A stretch of 64,000 bases of DNA from an uncultured delta proteobacterium (GCA_963823335.1 CAWGLD010000007.1:128001-192000), one strand, 5' to 3'. Shown: positions 9,421-20,812, counted from the first letter of the stretch. Program-made: numbers and translations. Notes: generated from the letters alone by a model not told the origin.

Positions 9421-9897
9421 TCAGCCATACCTGTATAGCCCGATCAGCGCCAGTCCCAATGCATCCGATGCATGATACGGCTTAATGGGGTCATCCAGAT
9501 TCAATTTCTGACGGACCGCCTTTTCGAGTTGTTGCTTGGTTGCACGCCCGTTACCGGTCAATACTTTTTTTGCCTCCCTGACCGCTACTTCAGATACGGA
9601 AACACCGGCTTTGAATCCTGCCAGTAACAGAATCCCCGTGACCTTGCCCAACAGGATTCCCGATTTGGGGTAACTGTTCAAAGAAAACACATCTTCGACC
9701 ACCATGTGGTCGGGATGTTCTCTCCGCAGGATTTCGGTAAGTTTTGAATAGATTTTATCGAGGCGATGCGGCAAAGAGATATCTCTTGGGGTATGAATGG
9801 TACCATACGAATAGGCCTGAACCGAAAGCCCTTTACCTGTGACAACGCCGATACCGGTTGCAGACAAGCCAGGGTCTATGCCGATAATCTTTATCAT
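9421..9897 (-). CDS. ruvC: Crossover junction endodeoxyribonuclease RuvC
   Basis: IIGIDPG, VEDVF, KK.LTGNG.A.K, HASDAL. Confidence 0.95.
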   Translation of the reverse strand: MIKIIGIDPGLSATGIGVVTGKGLSVQAYSYGTIHTPRDISLPHRLDKIYSKLTEILRREHPDHMVVEDVFSLNSYPKSGILLGKVTGILLLAGFKAGVSVSEVAVREAKKVLTGNGRATKQQLEKAVRQKLNLDDPIKPYHASDALGLALIGLYRYG

Positions 9898-9966
9898 GTT
9901 GCGTGCTTCAAGGTGCCGTAAATAATGCCGGGAAGGAGATGCATGACTGCGAGGTTCTTCAATATC

Positions 9967-10890
9967 CTATTGAAGTTCTTTTAATTTCTGAAGTGCTATT
10001 TTCCCTTCATTTGTTTCAGGGTATTTCTGGCTCAGCTCCTTCAATATCAGTCTGGAATTGGCCTTGTCCCCCAGCGAGATAAAGGCAAAACCTTGTTTCA
10101 GCAAGGACGCGGGGACCTTGTTCCCTTTGGGATAATTCTCGATGACTTTCTGATATTCCAGGATAGCTTTTTCATACCACTTTTCCCGGTAATAGATCTC
10201 ACCTATCCAGAATTGGGCATTGTCCGCATGTTCTGATTTCGGAAAATCCTTGATAATCGTTTCGAAAGCGGTACGGGCCGTCTCAAAATCACTCTGGTCA
10301 AAGGCCTGTTTGGCGGCAATATAGCGTTCCTGATCTGTTTGGTTTTTTTCGGCTGCTTGAGATTGCTTTTTTGGTGTGCTATGCGATCCTGTCGATTCCA
10401 GGTTCAGGTACTGTTCGATGTAGCGAAGACGGATCTCCATCTGGTTAAGATTAATGGACAGCCTGTCGAGCAGTATCTGGGTTCCCTTTTCTGCATTCTC
10501 GCTGGCAGTCAGTCTCTCCTGCATCATGAATTCCGATTCCTCGAGTCGACCGCTCAGCAACTGAACATCATCCTTGAGAACCTCTATACTCGCATTCAGT
10601 TTTGCATACTCGGTTCTGAGTTGGATGTCTTCGTTCCCGAGATCTTTTTCGAATTCGGAAAGCTTGGTGCTGAGATAGACTTTGCTCTGCTCGATTTCCT
10701 TGCCGCTGCTCTCGTTCACTCTTTCAAGGCTGACTGCTTTTGTCTCAAGCTCTGCCGCTTTTTGATCGAGTTTTTTCCCGAGGGCCTCCATTGTCCTTAA
10801 CCGCTGATCAAGGACAATGACATCTTCCTGAAGGGCACAGCCGAGAAACATGGCCAAGACAGCAATTGAGAGAATATATCTGAATCTCAT
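9967..10890 (-). CDS. cpoB: Tol-Pal system protein YbgF/CpoB
   Basis: Lipobox (FLGC), coiled coil, TPR C-terminus (ADNAQFWIGE); follows pal. Confidence 0.9.
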   Translation of the reverse strand: MRFRYILSIAVLAMFLGCALQEDVIVLDQRLRTMEALGKKLDQKAAELETKAVSLERVNESSGKEIEQSKVYLSTKLSEFEKDLGNEDIQLRTEYAKLNASIEVLKDDVQLLSGRLEESEFMMQERLTASENAEKGTQILLDRLSINLNQMEIRLRYIEQYLNLESTGSHSTPKKQSQAAEKNQTDQERYIAAKQAFDQSDFETARTAFETIIKDFPKSEHADNAQFWIGEIYYREKWYEKAILEYQKVIENYPKGNKVPASLLKQGFAFISLGDKANSRLILKELSQKYPETNEGKIALQKLKELQ

Positions 10891-11020
10891 ATGAACAACT
10901 CTTCGTTTTTTTATTTCCGCTGCTCATCCAGGAGCCCGGTTTATCCCGGTTGTAGGATCCTCTTCAATCAAGGTGGAGCTGCAGGGATAAAAACATTAAC
11001 CTGCCATAAAGCAGGCGTGT

Positions 11021-11058
11021 AAAACGAGGCAAGCAGCAGCTCAGCCGCTACTTGCCTC
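11021..11058 (-). terminator. Hairpin downstream of pal
   Basis: GAGGCAAG...CTTGCCTC stem with a short T run on the minus strand. Confidence 0.5.
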
Positions 11059-11095
11059 TTGTCTTTGCAGGCGCTGAAAGAAGCACATGCCGGAA

Positions 11096-11719
11096 TTATT
11101 CGACCACAAAATGAGCGCGTCTGTTTTTGGCCCAGGATTCTTCGGTCTTTCCCATGTCTACGGGACGTTCCTCACCATAACTGATGGTGGACAACTGGTC
11201 GGCGTTAATGCCAAGATCCAAGAGAAAGGCTTTGGCGCTCTCTGCCCGACGGTCACCCAGGGCGATGTTGTAAGCACTGGTGCCACGATCATCACAGTGT
11301 CCTTCGATGATGACCGAAGCATCCGAAGCCATGCGAAGCCACTCAGCTTTTCGGGAAAGCACTTCTTTGGCCATGTCCCCAAGAGCGGAGCTGTCGAAAT
11401 CAAAGTAGACATCTTCGTTCATGAACATCTGAATGGCAGCCATTTTGGCTCTTTCCATTTCCGCCTCTTTTGCAGCCTGCTCAGCCATCTGGGTCTGCCG
11501 GAGTTCCTCTTCGGCCTTCATTTCCCACTGTCTGGCAGCTTCTTCCTGGGCGGCCTGTTCCTGTGCAGCCAGTTCGGCGTCAGCGACTCCCGGCGCTTGA
11601 TCTTCCATTGGCGCCTCGACTGGAACAGATTGAACAACTTTCTTGGCACAAGAAACCGTGAAGAGCAATCCCGGAACAATTACCATCAGGCTCATGAGTA
11701 CCCATAATTTTTTTCGCAT
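11096..11719 (-). CDS. pal: Peptidoglycan-associated lipoprotein Pal
   Basis: Lipobox Cys; VYFDFD, IEGHCDDRG, ISYGEERP, NRRA; ATG after AGGAGG. Confidence 0.96.
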   Translation of the reverse strand: MRKKLWVLMSLMVIVPGLLFTVSCAKKVVQSVPVEAPMEDQAPGVADAELAAQEQAAQEEAARQWEMKAEEELRQTQMAEQAAKEAEMERAKMAAIQMFMNEDVYFDFDSSALGDMAKEVLSRKAEWLRMASDASVIIEGHCDDRGTSAYNIALGDRRAESAKAFLLDLGINADQLSTISYGEERPVDMGKTEESWAKNRRAHFVVE

Positions 11720-11751
11720 ATTTTCCTCCTTTTTTGCTTTCGAACTCGGTT

Positions 11752-13101
11752 TTAATTGGGAATAACATTTGGAGACCATTTCGGATTTGTCTGCTCCCCC
11801 GGCATCGATATCAATCGACGCTGATCCGTTCCAAACGCCGTCATGATATATATTTTCGATCTGCCTTCACGGGTAGAATTGAACACAATCAGGCTTCCAT
11901 CGGGCGACCAGGATGGTGCTTCGTTATCTCCCTGATTTTCTGTCAACTGTACGTTACTTTTGCCATCCACCTCAATGGTATGAATATCAATCCTGCCGGT
12001 ATCCATGGAGGAGTAAACGATTTTATCCCCTTTAGGAGACCAATCCGGCTGTGTGTTGTATCTTCCCTGAAATGTCAACCTCCGGACACGACCCGATGCT
12101 ATGTCCTTTATATATATCTGGGGCGTCCCGGACCGTTTGGAAACAAAAGCCATTTGTTTTCCATCCGGGGACCAGGTCGGTTCAACATCGATTCCACGAC
12201 TGTTCGTCAATCTTTTAATAATTTTCCCTCCTCCGGTCAACAAATATATTTCCTGATCACCTGAAAAAGAGAGTGTCGCTGCCAGTTCAAATTTCCCCGG
12301 CACCCAGGCCGGCGTAATCTGGATACCCTTTATATCAAGGGTAGCAAGCCTGTTTTCTGTTATATTTCTTATATATAGGTCAGGATAACCCTTGGCATAC
12401 GAGGTGTAGGCCATCCATTTGCCATCTGAAGACCAGGCCGGGAAAAGCGTGATATCCTCATGATGACTGAACTGCTTCGAATTGTAGCCGTCAAAATCAC
12501 TGATAAAAATCTCTTTTTTACCGGCCACAGTCGATAAGAACGCAATTTTACTGTCGAAAACACCCCTGTGGCCTGTCAGGTGAACCATCACTTCGCCACA
12601 AAATCGTCGTATCATGCGCGTCGTGTCATCAGGCCCCCCTTTGTAGCGTTTACCGATAATCAGTTCTTCCTTGATCGTATCGAACAGACGAAGCTCCGTT
12701 TCCATGAGACCGTCCTTGACCAGAATCCCTCCTGTTATCAGCAGTTCGGCGCCAATGGCCGCCCAATTTCGAAAATTTATGCCCGAAGCTATAATATCGG
12801 GATTTTTTGGATCCATCAGAAATGCCTGCCGGTCAAGCATTTTAAAATAACCTGTGAATTCCAGCGTGTCAGATAAGAGATCCGGCAATTTAGTGGTCAG
12901 GGCTTCGACATCGGGCTCTCCTGAAATGTTTTTAAACCAGGGTACGGCCAAGGGAATTTTATGCAGAAAGGGGTTGCTGATGTCGATATAGTCATATTCC
13001 GCTGCATTGATGCTTGTCTGAGATACCATCAGGGCTACAACACATCCAATAATAGCACGTAAAACAATTTTCATGGGTTTTAGGGTTTCAACTGGTTCCA
13101 T
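11752..13101 (-). CDS. tolB: Tol-Pal beta-propeller protein TolB
   Basis: TolB N-domain plus repeated P.WSPDG blades. Confidence 0.95.
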   Translation of the reverse strand: MEPVETLKPMKIVLRAIIGCVVALMVSQTSINAAEYDYIDISNPFLHKIPLAVPWFKNISGEPDVEALTTKLPDLLSDTLEFTGYFKMLDRQAFLMDPKNPDIIASGINFRNWAAIGAELLITGGILVKDGLMETELRLFDTIKEELIIGKRYKGGPDDTTRMIRRFCGEVMVHLTGHRGVFDSKIAFLSTVAGKKEIFISDFDGYNSKQFSHHEDITLFPAWSSDGKWMAYTSYAKGYPDLYIRNITENRLATLDIKGIQITPAWVPGKFELAATLSFSGDQEIYLLTGGGKIIKRLTNSRGIDVEPTWSPDGKQMAFVSKRSGTPQIYIKDIASGRVRRLTFQGRYNTQPDWSPKGDKIVYSSMDTGRIDIHTIEVDGKSNVQLTENQGDNEAPSWSPDGSLIVFNSTREGRSKIYIMTAFGTDQRRLISMPGEQTNPKWSPNVIPN

Positions 13102-13104
13102 CTG

Positions 13105-14004
13105 TTATTTTATCCCCTCGGGAGTAAAACGTAATCCCATTTGAACATATGGCTCGGATACCGATTTGGGGTGTGGCTCCACAGGATCCGATTTCATAAC
13201 TGCACGAAAAGCCGATTCATCGAAATGGTTGTTCCCGGAACGATCTGTAAAAAAAAGATCTTTTATCTCCCCATTGGGCATTACCTTGAATACAAGCAGC
13301 GTCTGCAAATCAGATCGGCCATCGGCCAGCTGTTCGGGGAAAGCCCAGTTCTGCTGTATATCAATGGCAACTTCCATGCGATAAATATCAATGATCTCAG
13401 CCAGTTTTCCGCCACTGGCCGCACCGTCTGCCCCAAGCTGTTTCGATTCAGGCTCTTGGACCGCACTTTCCTTGGACGGCGCCCTGTCTTTTTCCTTGTC
13501 AACCTTGGCCTTGATCTCATCGATGGCCTTGGCGATTCTATCCGACGTGCTCGTCTCGATCTTTTTTTCCAGTTTTTGCAGGGTATTCTCTTTGACTTTT
13601 TCTGATTTATAGGTCTTTTTTTTGAGCGATACCTTTTTCTTGACCGTTTTAGGTGCAACTGACGGTTCGGCAGCCGGAGCCTTCTTGATGGGTGCACGTT
13701 TCGTCGTTGCTTTCTTTTCTCCTGAAACCGATGGTTTCGAAACCTGCCTGCTCGGTCCGGTATATTCCGGAAGAGAGACCAGACTGACGTTCATGACGAT
13801 AGGAGCGGGCCGTCGCTTGGGTTTATGGGTCTGTGCGTAAACCAATATCGAAAAAAGGATACAATGGCAGATCAGGGAAGCTGTAAAGGCCATCATGAGC
13901 AGGCGGTTTTGCCTACCCTCTCCGTAAAACGTGACCGGCGATGCCGAATCCTTCGGGTGGGACGCTCTATGGTTGTTTTTTTCGGTCATTTTCAGTGTCA
14001 TCAA
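13105..14004 (-). CDS. tolA: TolA/TonB-family energy transducer
   Basis: TM with S..H motif, Lys-rich linker, C-terminal SGN..FD.SA.RAV; lies between tolR and tolB. Confidence 0.85.
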   Translation of the reverse strand: MMTLKMTEKNNHRASHPKDSASPVTFYGEGRQNRLLMMAFTASLICHCILFSILVYAQTHKPKRRPAPIVMNVSLVSLPEYTGPSRQVSKPSVSGEKKATTKRAPIKKAPAAEPSVAPKTVKKKVSLKKKTYKSEKVKENTLQKLEKKIETSTSDRIAKAIDEIKAKVDKEKDRAPSKESAVQEPESKQLGADGAASGGKLAEIIDIYRMEVAIDIQQNWAFPEQLADGRSDLQTLLVFKVMPNGEIKDLFFTDRSGNNHFDESAFRAVMKSDPVEPHPKSVSEPYVQMGLRFTPEGIK

Positions 14005-14401
14005 CTGGATCAGTTATCATGCCCAGCTTTTCGATCCCGGCGCCTTTTATCTCTGACATGACATAGACAACCGTGCCGTAAGCCACTGTCTTGTCTGCAC
14101 GCAGGTAGATCTCGTCGACTTTTTGATTCTTTGTGACCTGCATCAGTTTTTCCTTGAGATTCTCGATGCCGACACGAAAGTCGTTGATATAAACCTGATT
14201 ATTTTGGTCGATAGTTACGACCAGCTGCTCCTGCTTGGATTCCAGGGGGTTCGAGGTTGCCTCCGGCAACGACACGTCAACCCCTTGAATCATCATGGGG
14301 GCTGTCACCATGAAGATAATCAGCAGAACCAGCATGACGTCCACAAAGGGGGTCACGTTGATTTCCGACATCAACCGGTCATTATTCCCACCGATGGTCA
14401 T
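13967..14401 (-). CDS. tolR: TolR
   Basis: SEINVTPFVDVMLVLLIIFMVTAP. Confidence 0.95.
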   Translation of the reverse strand: MTIGGNNDRLMSEINVTPFVDVMLVLLIIFMVTAPMMIQGVDVSLPEATSNPLESKQEQLVVTIDQNNQVYINDFRVGIENLKEKLMQVTKNQKVDEIYLRADKTVAYGTVVYVMSEIKGAGIEKLGMITDPVDDTENDRKKQP

Positions 14402-15123
14402 CGTCGCCCCCTTTCCATCAGCAGAATATCCCGCTCGATGATATTCAGAAAATCGGCGGAGAAGCTGTTCAACTCAGATTCCAGAATTTTGATCTTCTGC
14501 ATAAAATAGTTAAAAGCGATAACCGCCGGTATGGCAACCGCCAGCCCTGCAGCTGTCGCTACCAGGGCCTCGGATATCCCAGGTGCCACCACTGCCAGGC
14601 TGGCAGATCCCCGCAGACCGATGCCGTGAAAGGAATTCATGATCCCCCAGACCGTGCCGAACAGACCAATAAAGGGGGTGGTGTTGCCGGTTGTGGCCAA
14701 AAAGGGCACCATCTGTGTCATTCTGGTCGTCTCGGTGTTGATGGCTCTTCGCAATGCCCGTTTGATATTGTCCATTCCCGCAAATCGGGCGCCCAATCCC
14801 GAAGATCTTTCCGGACGGTCATCGCCACTTTCTGAAATTCCGCTCTGGCTGATTTTTTTAAGCTCCACATATCCTATCCGGAATATGCGCGCAATGGGAC
14901 TGCCCTCAAGCTCTTTAGCCTGCCGGTAAGCATTTGAAAGGTCCTTGCTTTTCCAGAACAGCTCCGTAAAAGCAGCTGATTCCTGGTAGGCCCTCTTGAT
15001 ATACCGGAATTTTATTAATATGATCGCCCAGGATGTAATTGAAAAAAAGAGCAGCATCAGCAGCACAAACTGCACCATCAATCCAGCGCTGCTGATCATG
15101 TTGATCAAGTTAATCTGTTGCAT
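14398..15123 (-). CDS. tolQ: TolQ
   Basis: PFIGLFGTVWGIM, VAPGISEALVATAAGL. Confidence 0.95.
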   Translation of the reverse strand: MQQINLINMISSAGLMVQFVLLMLLFFSITSWAIILIKFRYIKRAYQESAAFTELFWKSKDLSNAYRQAKELEGSPIARIFRIGYVELKKISQSGISESGDDRPERSSGLGARFAGMDNIKRALRRAINTETTRMTQMVPFLATTGNTTPFIGLFGTVWGIMNSFHGIGLRGSASLAVVAPGISEALVATAAGLAVAIPAVIAFNYFMQKIKILESELNSFSADFLNIIERDILLMERGRR

Positions 15124-15244
15124 TGTCAGTTCGCTCCACGTTTTAGATGTCGATAATTAGCCTTAATTAGAATTAATTATAAATCTGTTCAGTTTTATAC
15201 GAGCATCGCTAATGTGTCAAGAATTTTGCGCAAAGGAGAACTGC

Positions 15245-15799
15245 ATGAAAGATATCGCCAACCTGTTGTTTGAAGCAGCCCACTTGAAAAGGACACCCAG
15301 ATCCGGTTTTAATTTCCTGGGTGCCGGCAGGGAGTCCGTTGCCGAGCATACTTTCTGTACCCTGTTTATCGCCTGGGTCATGACCCGGATGGAACCGGGG
15401 ATCGATGCCTTGCGCCTGATAAGCATGTGCCTGGTGCACGACCTGCCGGAGTCGCGCATGGGCGATATCAACTATGTCCAGAAACAGTACGTGACAACCG
15501 ATGAAAACTCGGCCATGAATCATATGGGCGGTGATACATCGCTGGGGCCCGACATCTCGGACCTGGTGCATGAATTCAACAAGGGAGAGACACGGGAAGC
15601 ATGTTTGGCCAAAGATGCAGACCAGATCTCCCTGGTCATCGAATTGAAGTCACTCGCAGATATCGGGTTTAAACCACCCCTTAAATGGCTGCCATATGTC
15701 CTGAAAAGACTACAGACCGAAACCGGCAAACATATCGCCGAAGCCATCGCTAAAACCGATTGGGATGCATGGTGGCTAAAAAATTATGTTGACAGATAG
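15245..15799 (+). CDS. HD-domain hydrolase (YfbR/HDDC2-like)
   Basis: R.G, ESVAEH, HDLPE...GD, DAD motifs; AAGGAG RBS. Confidence 0.9.
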   Translation: MKDIANLLFEAAHLKRTPRSGFNFLGAGRESVAEHTFCTLFIAWVMTRMEPGIDALRLISMCLVHDLPESRMGDINYVQKQYVTTDENSAMNHMGGDTSLGPDISDLVHEFNKGETREACLAKDADQISLVIELKSLADIGFKPPLKWLPYVLKRLQTETGKHIAEAIAKTDWDAWWLKNYVDR

Positions 15800-15909
15800 G
15801 AGCTAACTCAATAAAAATTTGGATCCTTCTTATGGGAGAAAGTGGCCAAGGGGTCGAGGATTCCAGGATTGAAGAACTTCGTAAAGCGCTAAATTTTTAT
15901 TATGCTTGA

Positions 15910-16042
15910 AAACGAATGAACATCGAACATTGAACGCCCAACATCGAATTTTGAATTTGAAAAATAAAGAAACAGAAATAGTTCCGTATCGGATTTTTGC
16001 TTTCATTCGATATTGGACGTTCGATGCTGGACGTCCATCTTT
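15910..16042. repeat. Family D heptamer-armed inverted repeat, copy 1
   Basis: (AACATCG)n left arm and (CGATGTT/GGACGTT)n right arm; matches 20661-20812. Confidence 0.85.
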
Positions 16043-16070
16043 ATAGCTCTGTATTTTGGGGGAGGCACGC

Positions 16071-16712
16071 ATGCAATGGATCGGTAATTTTTTCGGGTCA
16101 TCAATGGGGAAAAAGCTGTTAATGGCCCTGACGGGCTGTTGCTTCATCGGTTTCTTGTCTGCTCACCTTGCAGGCAACCTGACCTTGTACGGCGGTGGAG
16201 AAATGTTCAATTCTTATGCCGCGCACCTTCATGGACTCGGTCCGCTTCTCACGCTGGCCGAGTGGGGACTCCTGGCTCTGGCCCTTGTTCACATCACCAC
16301 CGGAACCCTCCTGTTTTTCCAGAATCTCATGGCCCGTCCGCAGCGCTACCACATGAACAAATGGGCCGGGGGGCGCACGATCAGCTCCGCAACCATGCCG
16401 TATACCGGTTTTGCCATTCTTGGCTTCGTCATTTTTCACCTGTTGAATTTTCATTTTGTCGACAAATCGACCACCACCATATACGAGATTGTGGTCAGCG
16501 CTTTTCAGAGCACCCCTTATGTCATTCTTTACATTGCGGCCATGATCATCGTTGCGCTGCATATCCGTCATGGTTTCTGGAGCCTGTTCCAGACGCTGGG
16601 CGCCAATCACCCCAAATATATGCCGCTGGTTATGGGGGCCAGTATCGTATTGAGCCTGCTTTTTGGATTCGGATTCGGCTACCTCCCGATATTTATTTCA
16701 TTTTCGGGATAA
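16071..16712 (+). CDS. sdhC: Succinate dehydrogenase/fumarate reductase cytochrome b subunit
   Basis: SS.GKK.LMALTG, five TMs with His ligands, HG.WS.FQTLG. Confidence 0.9.
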   Translation: MQWIGNFFGSSMGKKLLMALTGCCFIGFLSAHLAGNLTLYGGGEMFNSYAAHLHGLGPLLTLAEWGLLALALVHITTGTLLFFQNLMARPQRYHMNKWAGGRTISSATMPYTGFAILGFVIFHLLNFHFVDKSTTTIYEIVVSAFQSTPYVILYIAAMIIVALHIRHGFWSLFQTLGANHPKYMPLVMGASIVLSLLFGFGFGYLPIFISFSG

Positions 16713-16723
16713 GGAGGATTTTT

Positions 16724-18637
16724 ATGCAGTTGGATGCACACATACCCGGTGGCCCGCTGGCCGATAAATGGGACAAGCATCGTTTTGACCTGAAACTGGT
16801 AAACCCGGCCAACAAGAGAAAATTCACCATTATCGTCGTCGGCACGGGTCTGGCAGGCGGTGCTGCCGCGGCCTCTCTGGCGGAACTCGGTTACTTTGTG
16901 AAAAACTTCTGTATTCAGGACTCCCCGAGGAGAGCTCACAGCATCGCGGCCCAGGGCGGTATCAACGCCGCCAAGAACTACCAGAATGAAGGCGACAGTA
17001 TCTGGCGTCTTTTTTACGACACCATCAAGGGGGGGGACTTTCGATCCAGGGAGGCAAACGTCTATCGCCTGGCCCAGATCAGTAATGCCATCATCGATCA
17101 GTGCGTCGCTCAGGGGGTCCCTTTTGCACGGGACTATGGCGGATTGCTGGCCAACCGATCCTTTGGCGGGGCGCAGGTTTCACGGACGTTTTACGCCAGA
17201 GGTCAAACAGGTCAGCAGCTGCTGCTGGGCGCATACAGTGCCCTCATGCGCCAGGTCTCTGCCGGGCGGGTGACCATGTTCCCCCGCCAGGAAATGCTGG
17301 ACGTGGTGATTGTCAATGGCCAGGCACGGGGTATCATCTCCAGGAACCTCATCACCGGGGATATCGAACGTCATGTTGCGGATGCCGTGGTGCTTTGTAC
17401 CGGCGGCTACGGAAACGTTTACTTTCTATCGACCAATGCTATGGCCAGCAATGTATCGGCCACCTTCCGTGCATACAAGAAAGGGGCCTGTTTTGCCAAC
17501 CCCTGTTTTACACAGATCCACCCCACCTGCATACCCGTGCATGGCACCTACCAGTCCAAACTGACGCTCATGAGCGAGAGCCTTCGAAACGATGGACGCG
17601 TGTGGGTCCCGAAAAAACCCGGAGATCAGAGACGCCCGAGCGATATTCCGGAATCCGAGCGTGATTATTACCTCGAAAACAAATACCCGAGCTTCGGCAA
17701 CCTGGTTCCACGGGATGTGGCTTCCAGAAATTCCAAGGATCAATGCGACATGGGCAAGGGTGTGGGTGAAACCGGTCTGGCTGTTTTTCTTGATTTCAAA
17801 GATGCCATCGAGCGGGACGGCAAGGATGTCATCGAAAAAAAATACGGCAACCTTTTTCAGATGTATGAAAAGATTACGGCGGACAACCCGTATGAGACAC
17901 CCATGATGATTTATCCGGCCGTCCACTATACCATGGGCGGTCTGTGGGTCGATTACAACCTGATGAGCAACCTCCCGGGACTTTTTGTGATGGGGGAAGC
18001 TAATTTTTCAGATCACGGGGCCAACCGGCTGGGCGCCAGCGCACTTATGCAGGGCCTGGCTGATGGTTACTTCATTATCCCCTATACCATTGGGGGCTAT
18101 CTTGCCGGAACGCACCTCGAACAGGTCAATGAAGACCAGACCGCGTTTGTGTCCGCCCTGAACCTGGCCCGGGAAAACACCGGCAAACTCCTGTCCATCA
18201 ACGGCAAACGGACCGTGGACGACTTCCACAGAGCCCTGGGCCTGATTATGTGGGATCACTGCGGCATGGCACGCAACAACGCCGATCTTGAAAAAGCCCG
18301 TAGTCAGATCCAGGTGCTGCGTGAAGAGTTCTGGGAAAACGTTACTGTCCCGGGCAAGGAAAGAGATTTCAACCAGAGTCTTGAAAGAGCCGGTAGAGTG
18401 GCTGATTTCCTGGAATTCGGAGAACTCATGGTCATGGATGCCCTGGAACGGCAGGAATCCTGCGGCGGTCATTTCAACGAGGCATATCAGACCGAAGAAA
18501 ATGAAGCCCAGCGAAACGATGAAAGCTATTGCCATGTGTCTGCCTGGGAATATAAAGGGCCGGACACAGATCCTGAAATGCACAAAGAACCCCTTGTCTT
18601 CGAGAATGTCAAATTAAGCCAAAGGAGTTACAAGTGA
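16724..18637 (+). CDS. sdhA: Succinate dehydrogenase/fumarate reductase flavoprotein
   Basis: [36 protein letters not shown] after AAGGAGG. Confidence 0.95.
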   Translation: MQLDAHIPGGPLADKWDKHRFDLKLVNPANKRKFTIIVVGTGLAGGAAAASLAELGYFVKNFCIQDSPRRAHSIAAQGGINAAKNYQNEGDSIWRLFYDTIKGGDFRSREANVYRLAQISNAIIDQCVAQGVPFARDYGGLLANRSFGGAQVSRTFYARGQTGQQLLLGAYSALMRQVSAGRVTMFPRQEMLDVVIVNGQARGIISRNLITGDIERHVADAVVLCTGGYGNVYFLSTNAMASNVSATFRAYKKGACFANPCFTQIHPTCIPVHGTYQSKLTLMSESLRNDGRVWVPKKPGDQRRPSDIPESERDYYLENKYPSFGNLVPRDVASRNSKDQCDMGKGVGETGLAVFLDFKDAIERDGKDVIEKKYGNLFQMYEKITADNPYETPMMIYPAVHYTMGGLWVDYNLMSNLPGLFVMGEANFSDHGANRLGASALMQGLADGYFIIPYTIGGYLAGTHLEQVNEDQTAFVSALNLARENTGKLLSINGKRTVDDFHRALGLIMWDHCGMARNNADLEKARSQIQVLREEFWENVTVPGKERDFNQSLERAGRVADFLEFGELMVMDALERQESCGGHFNEAYQTEENEAQRNDESYCHVSAWEYKGPDTDPEMHKEPLVFENVKLSQRSYK

Positions 18638-19398
18638 CAAAAGACATCCGCCTGACACTGAAAATATGGCGCCAGGAAAATTCCCATGCCAAAGGCCGTC
18701 TGGAAACATATTCTGCAGACAGTATCTCCACGGACATGTCGTTTCTGGAAATGCTCGATGTGGTCAACGAACAGCTGACACTCGCGGGCAAAGAACCCAT
18801 CGCGTTTGACTATGACTGCCGGGAAGGGATTTGCGGACAGTGCGGCTGCGTCGTCAACGGGCGTCCCCACGGGCCCGAAAAAACCACAACCCTGTGCCAG
18901 CTCCATATGCGCCATTTTTCAGATGGCGATACCCTCTATATCGAGCCCTTTCGCGCCAGAGCCTTCAAGGTGATCAAGGACCTCGTGGTGGACCGAAGCC
19001 CCTTTGACAAGATCATCCAGGCCGGCGGGTACATATCCGCCAATACCGGCGGCGCCCCGGATGCCAACACGATTCTCATCCCCCAGGACGTTGCCGAAAA
19101 AGCCATGGATGCTGCCGCGTGTATCGGCTGCGGCGCCTGTGTCGCAGCCTGCCCCAATGCCTCCGCCATGCTCTTTGTGGGGGCCAAGATCTCACATCTG
19201 GCGCTTCTGCCGCAGGGTCGTCCCGAGGCGGCCCAGCGGGTTCAGGCCATGCTGAAAGCCATGGACCAGCTCTGCTTCGGAAACTGTTCCAACGAACGGG
19301 AATGTGAAGCAGAATGCCCCAAAGAGATATCGATCGTCAACATCGCGCGCCTGAACCGTGAATATATCAAGGCAGGTCTTTTTTCCAGCGTTAAATAA
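18634..19398 (+). CDS. sdhB: Succinate dehydrogenase/fumarate reductase Fe-S subunit
   Basis: [22 protein letters not shown].....C...CP. Confidence 0.95.
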   Translation: MTKDIRLTLKIWRQENSHAKGRLETYSADSISTDMSFLEMLDVVNEQLTLAGKEPIAFDYDCREGICGQCGCVVNGRPHGPEKTTTLCQLHMRHFSDGDTLYIEPFRARAFKVIKDLVVDRSPFDKIIQAGGYISANTGGAPDANTILIPQDVAEKAMDAAACIGCGACVAACPNASAMLFVGAKISHLALLPQGRPEAAQRVQAMLKAMDQLCFGNCSNERECEAECPKEISIVNIARLNREYIKAGLFSSVK

Positions 19399-19403
19399 AA
19401 ACA

Positions 19404-19483
19404 ATCACGAAAACACGAAACCTGAAAAGCACGAAGTTTTTCATTGTCTTTTTCGTGATTTCGTCCTTTCGTGATTTCGTGAT
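19404..19483. repeat. Family F (CACGAAA/TTTCGTG) inverted repeat, copy 1
   Basis: Periodic complementary arms; related element at 26336-26436. Confidence 0.8.
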
Positions 19484-19484
19484 A

Positions 19485-19575
19485 AAGGGGTTGACAGAAA
19501 AACGTTCCGATTGAGGACCTTTTTTCTGCTACAACCCCTTATGCCGCCATCCTAATTTTCGGAACATTATTATGA
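19485..19575 (+). mobile_element. Family A MITE, right end truncated
   Basis: Matches 3425-3523 as far as TTATGA, which includes the ATG of the mscS ORF. Confidence 0.85.
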
Positions 19576-20681
19576 ACCTCTGGAATCAAATACAACAATA
19601 TGTCAATAAGTTGACGGGAGACCCGTCATCCTATTCGTCAGTTTTCATCAAAGCACTGATAGCCATTTTTCTGGCTTTCATGCTTTGGTTTCTGCTGAAA
19701 CTCCTGCTGGCGTTCCTTCAGAGAAAGGGCCGTCAATTCGAAATCATTCGTGACAATGCCATTATTTTTAAATCCTTTGGCCGGGCTGTCACCATCGTCA
19801 TCCTGTTTTCCACGGGTATTTATATTTTCCGGCTGGTGAATACGCCTATTTTAGAATCCGCCTGTCAGGCTCTGATGATGCTGTTTCTGGCTGCCCCGGC
19901 GGTAAGGGTCACCATCGTCATCCTGAAAACACTTGAAAAAAAAATTGTCAGCCAGACTGAGACCAAGGTGGACAATGTCATATTCGATCTTCTGACGCGC
20001 TTTGTAGGCGTGATTATATACACGATTGCCATCATCCTGGCCCTCGACCTCCTGGGTGTCAATGTAATGCCCTTTATCGCCGGTGCGGGCGTTTTAGGGC
20101 TCGCCATCGGTTTCGCGGCAAAAGACACCTTGTCAAATCTGATAGCCGGAGTGCTTCTGATCATCGACCGGCCCTTCGAGATTGGTGACCGCATCGAAGT
20201 CTGGACGGCTCCTTCCGGGAGCGCCACCTGGGGTGACGTCATCGATATCGGCATCCGGGCTACCAAGATAAAGACCACCGACAATATCGTCATCATCATT
20301 CCCAACAACGAGATCATGAAAAGAGATATCATCAATTACACGATCATATCTTCCAAAATCCGTGTGCGCATCAATATCGGCGTCGCTTACGCTACCGACC
20401 TGTCCAAAGCCAAGAAAGTCATCCTCGATATTGCCGATGGCATCGAATGGATTGCCAAGAATCCCAAACCGAAAGTAGTGGTCAGAGTGTTTGGTGAATC
20501 CTCTGTCGATCTCCAGGTGCGCGTCTGGATCAAGGATGCCAGAAAACGGATGGACACCATTTCCGAGATGACGGACAGGGTCAAAGAGGCCTTTGACCGA
20601 CAGGGTATCGAGATACCCTACCCCAAAAGGGATATCGTCATTACGCATCGGCAATCTGAGCCGGTGCAAAAAAACGAATGA
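19572..20681 (+). CDS. mscS: Small-conductance mechanosensitive channel family protein
   Basis: GLAIGFAAKDTLSNLIAG, PF.IGD.I, IIPN, IEIPYP. Confidence 0.92.
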   Translation: MNLWNQIQQYVNKLTGDPSSYSSVFIKALIAIFLAFMLWFLLKLLLAFLQRKGRQFEIIRDNAIIFKSFGRAVTIVILFSTGIYIFRLVNTPILESACQALMMLFLAAPAVRVTIVILKTLEKKIVSQTETKVDNVIFDLLTRFVGVIIYTIAIILALDLLGVNVMPFIAGAGVLGLAIGFAAKDTLSNLIAGVLLIIDRPFEIGDRIEVWTAPSGSATWGDVIDIGIRATKIKTTDNIVIIIPNNEIMKRDIINYTIISSKIRVRINIGVAYATDLSKAKKVILDIADGIEWIAKNPKPKVVVRVFGESSVDLQVRVWIKDARKRMDTISEMTDRVKEAFDRQGIEIPYPKRDIVITHRQSEPVQKNE

Positions 20682-20812
20682 ACATCGAACATCGAACGTC
20701 CAACATCGAATTTTGAATTTAAAAAAATGAAGAAACAGAAATAATTCGGTATTGGTTTTTTGTTTTCATTCGACATTGGACGTTCGATGTTGGCTGTTGG
20801 ACGTTCATCTTT
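20661..20812. repeat. Family D inverted repeat, copy 2
   Basis: Same arms and core as 15910-16042; overlaps the mscS stop. Confidence 0.85.

Noticed and set aside
9021-9475. Repeated 60-82 aa ORFs (MPFAI...) and the similar ORFs at 8129 and 62556
   Set aside because: Translations of the family R repeat; no RBS, and the 103-bp period is not a multiple of 3
16139-16723. 195-aa N-terminal extension of SdhA in the ORF track
   Set aside because: Overlaps sdhC in another frame; the true start is ATG 16724 after AAGGAGG
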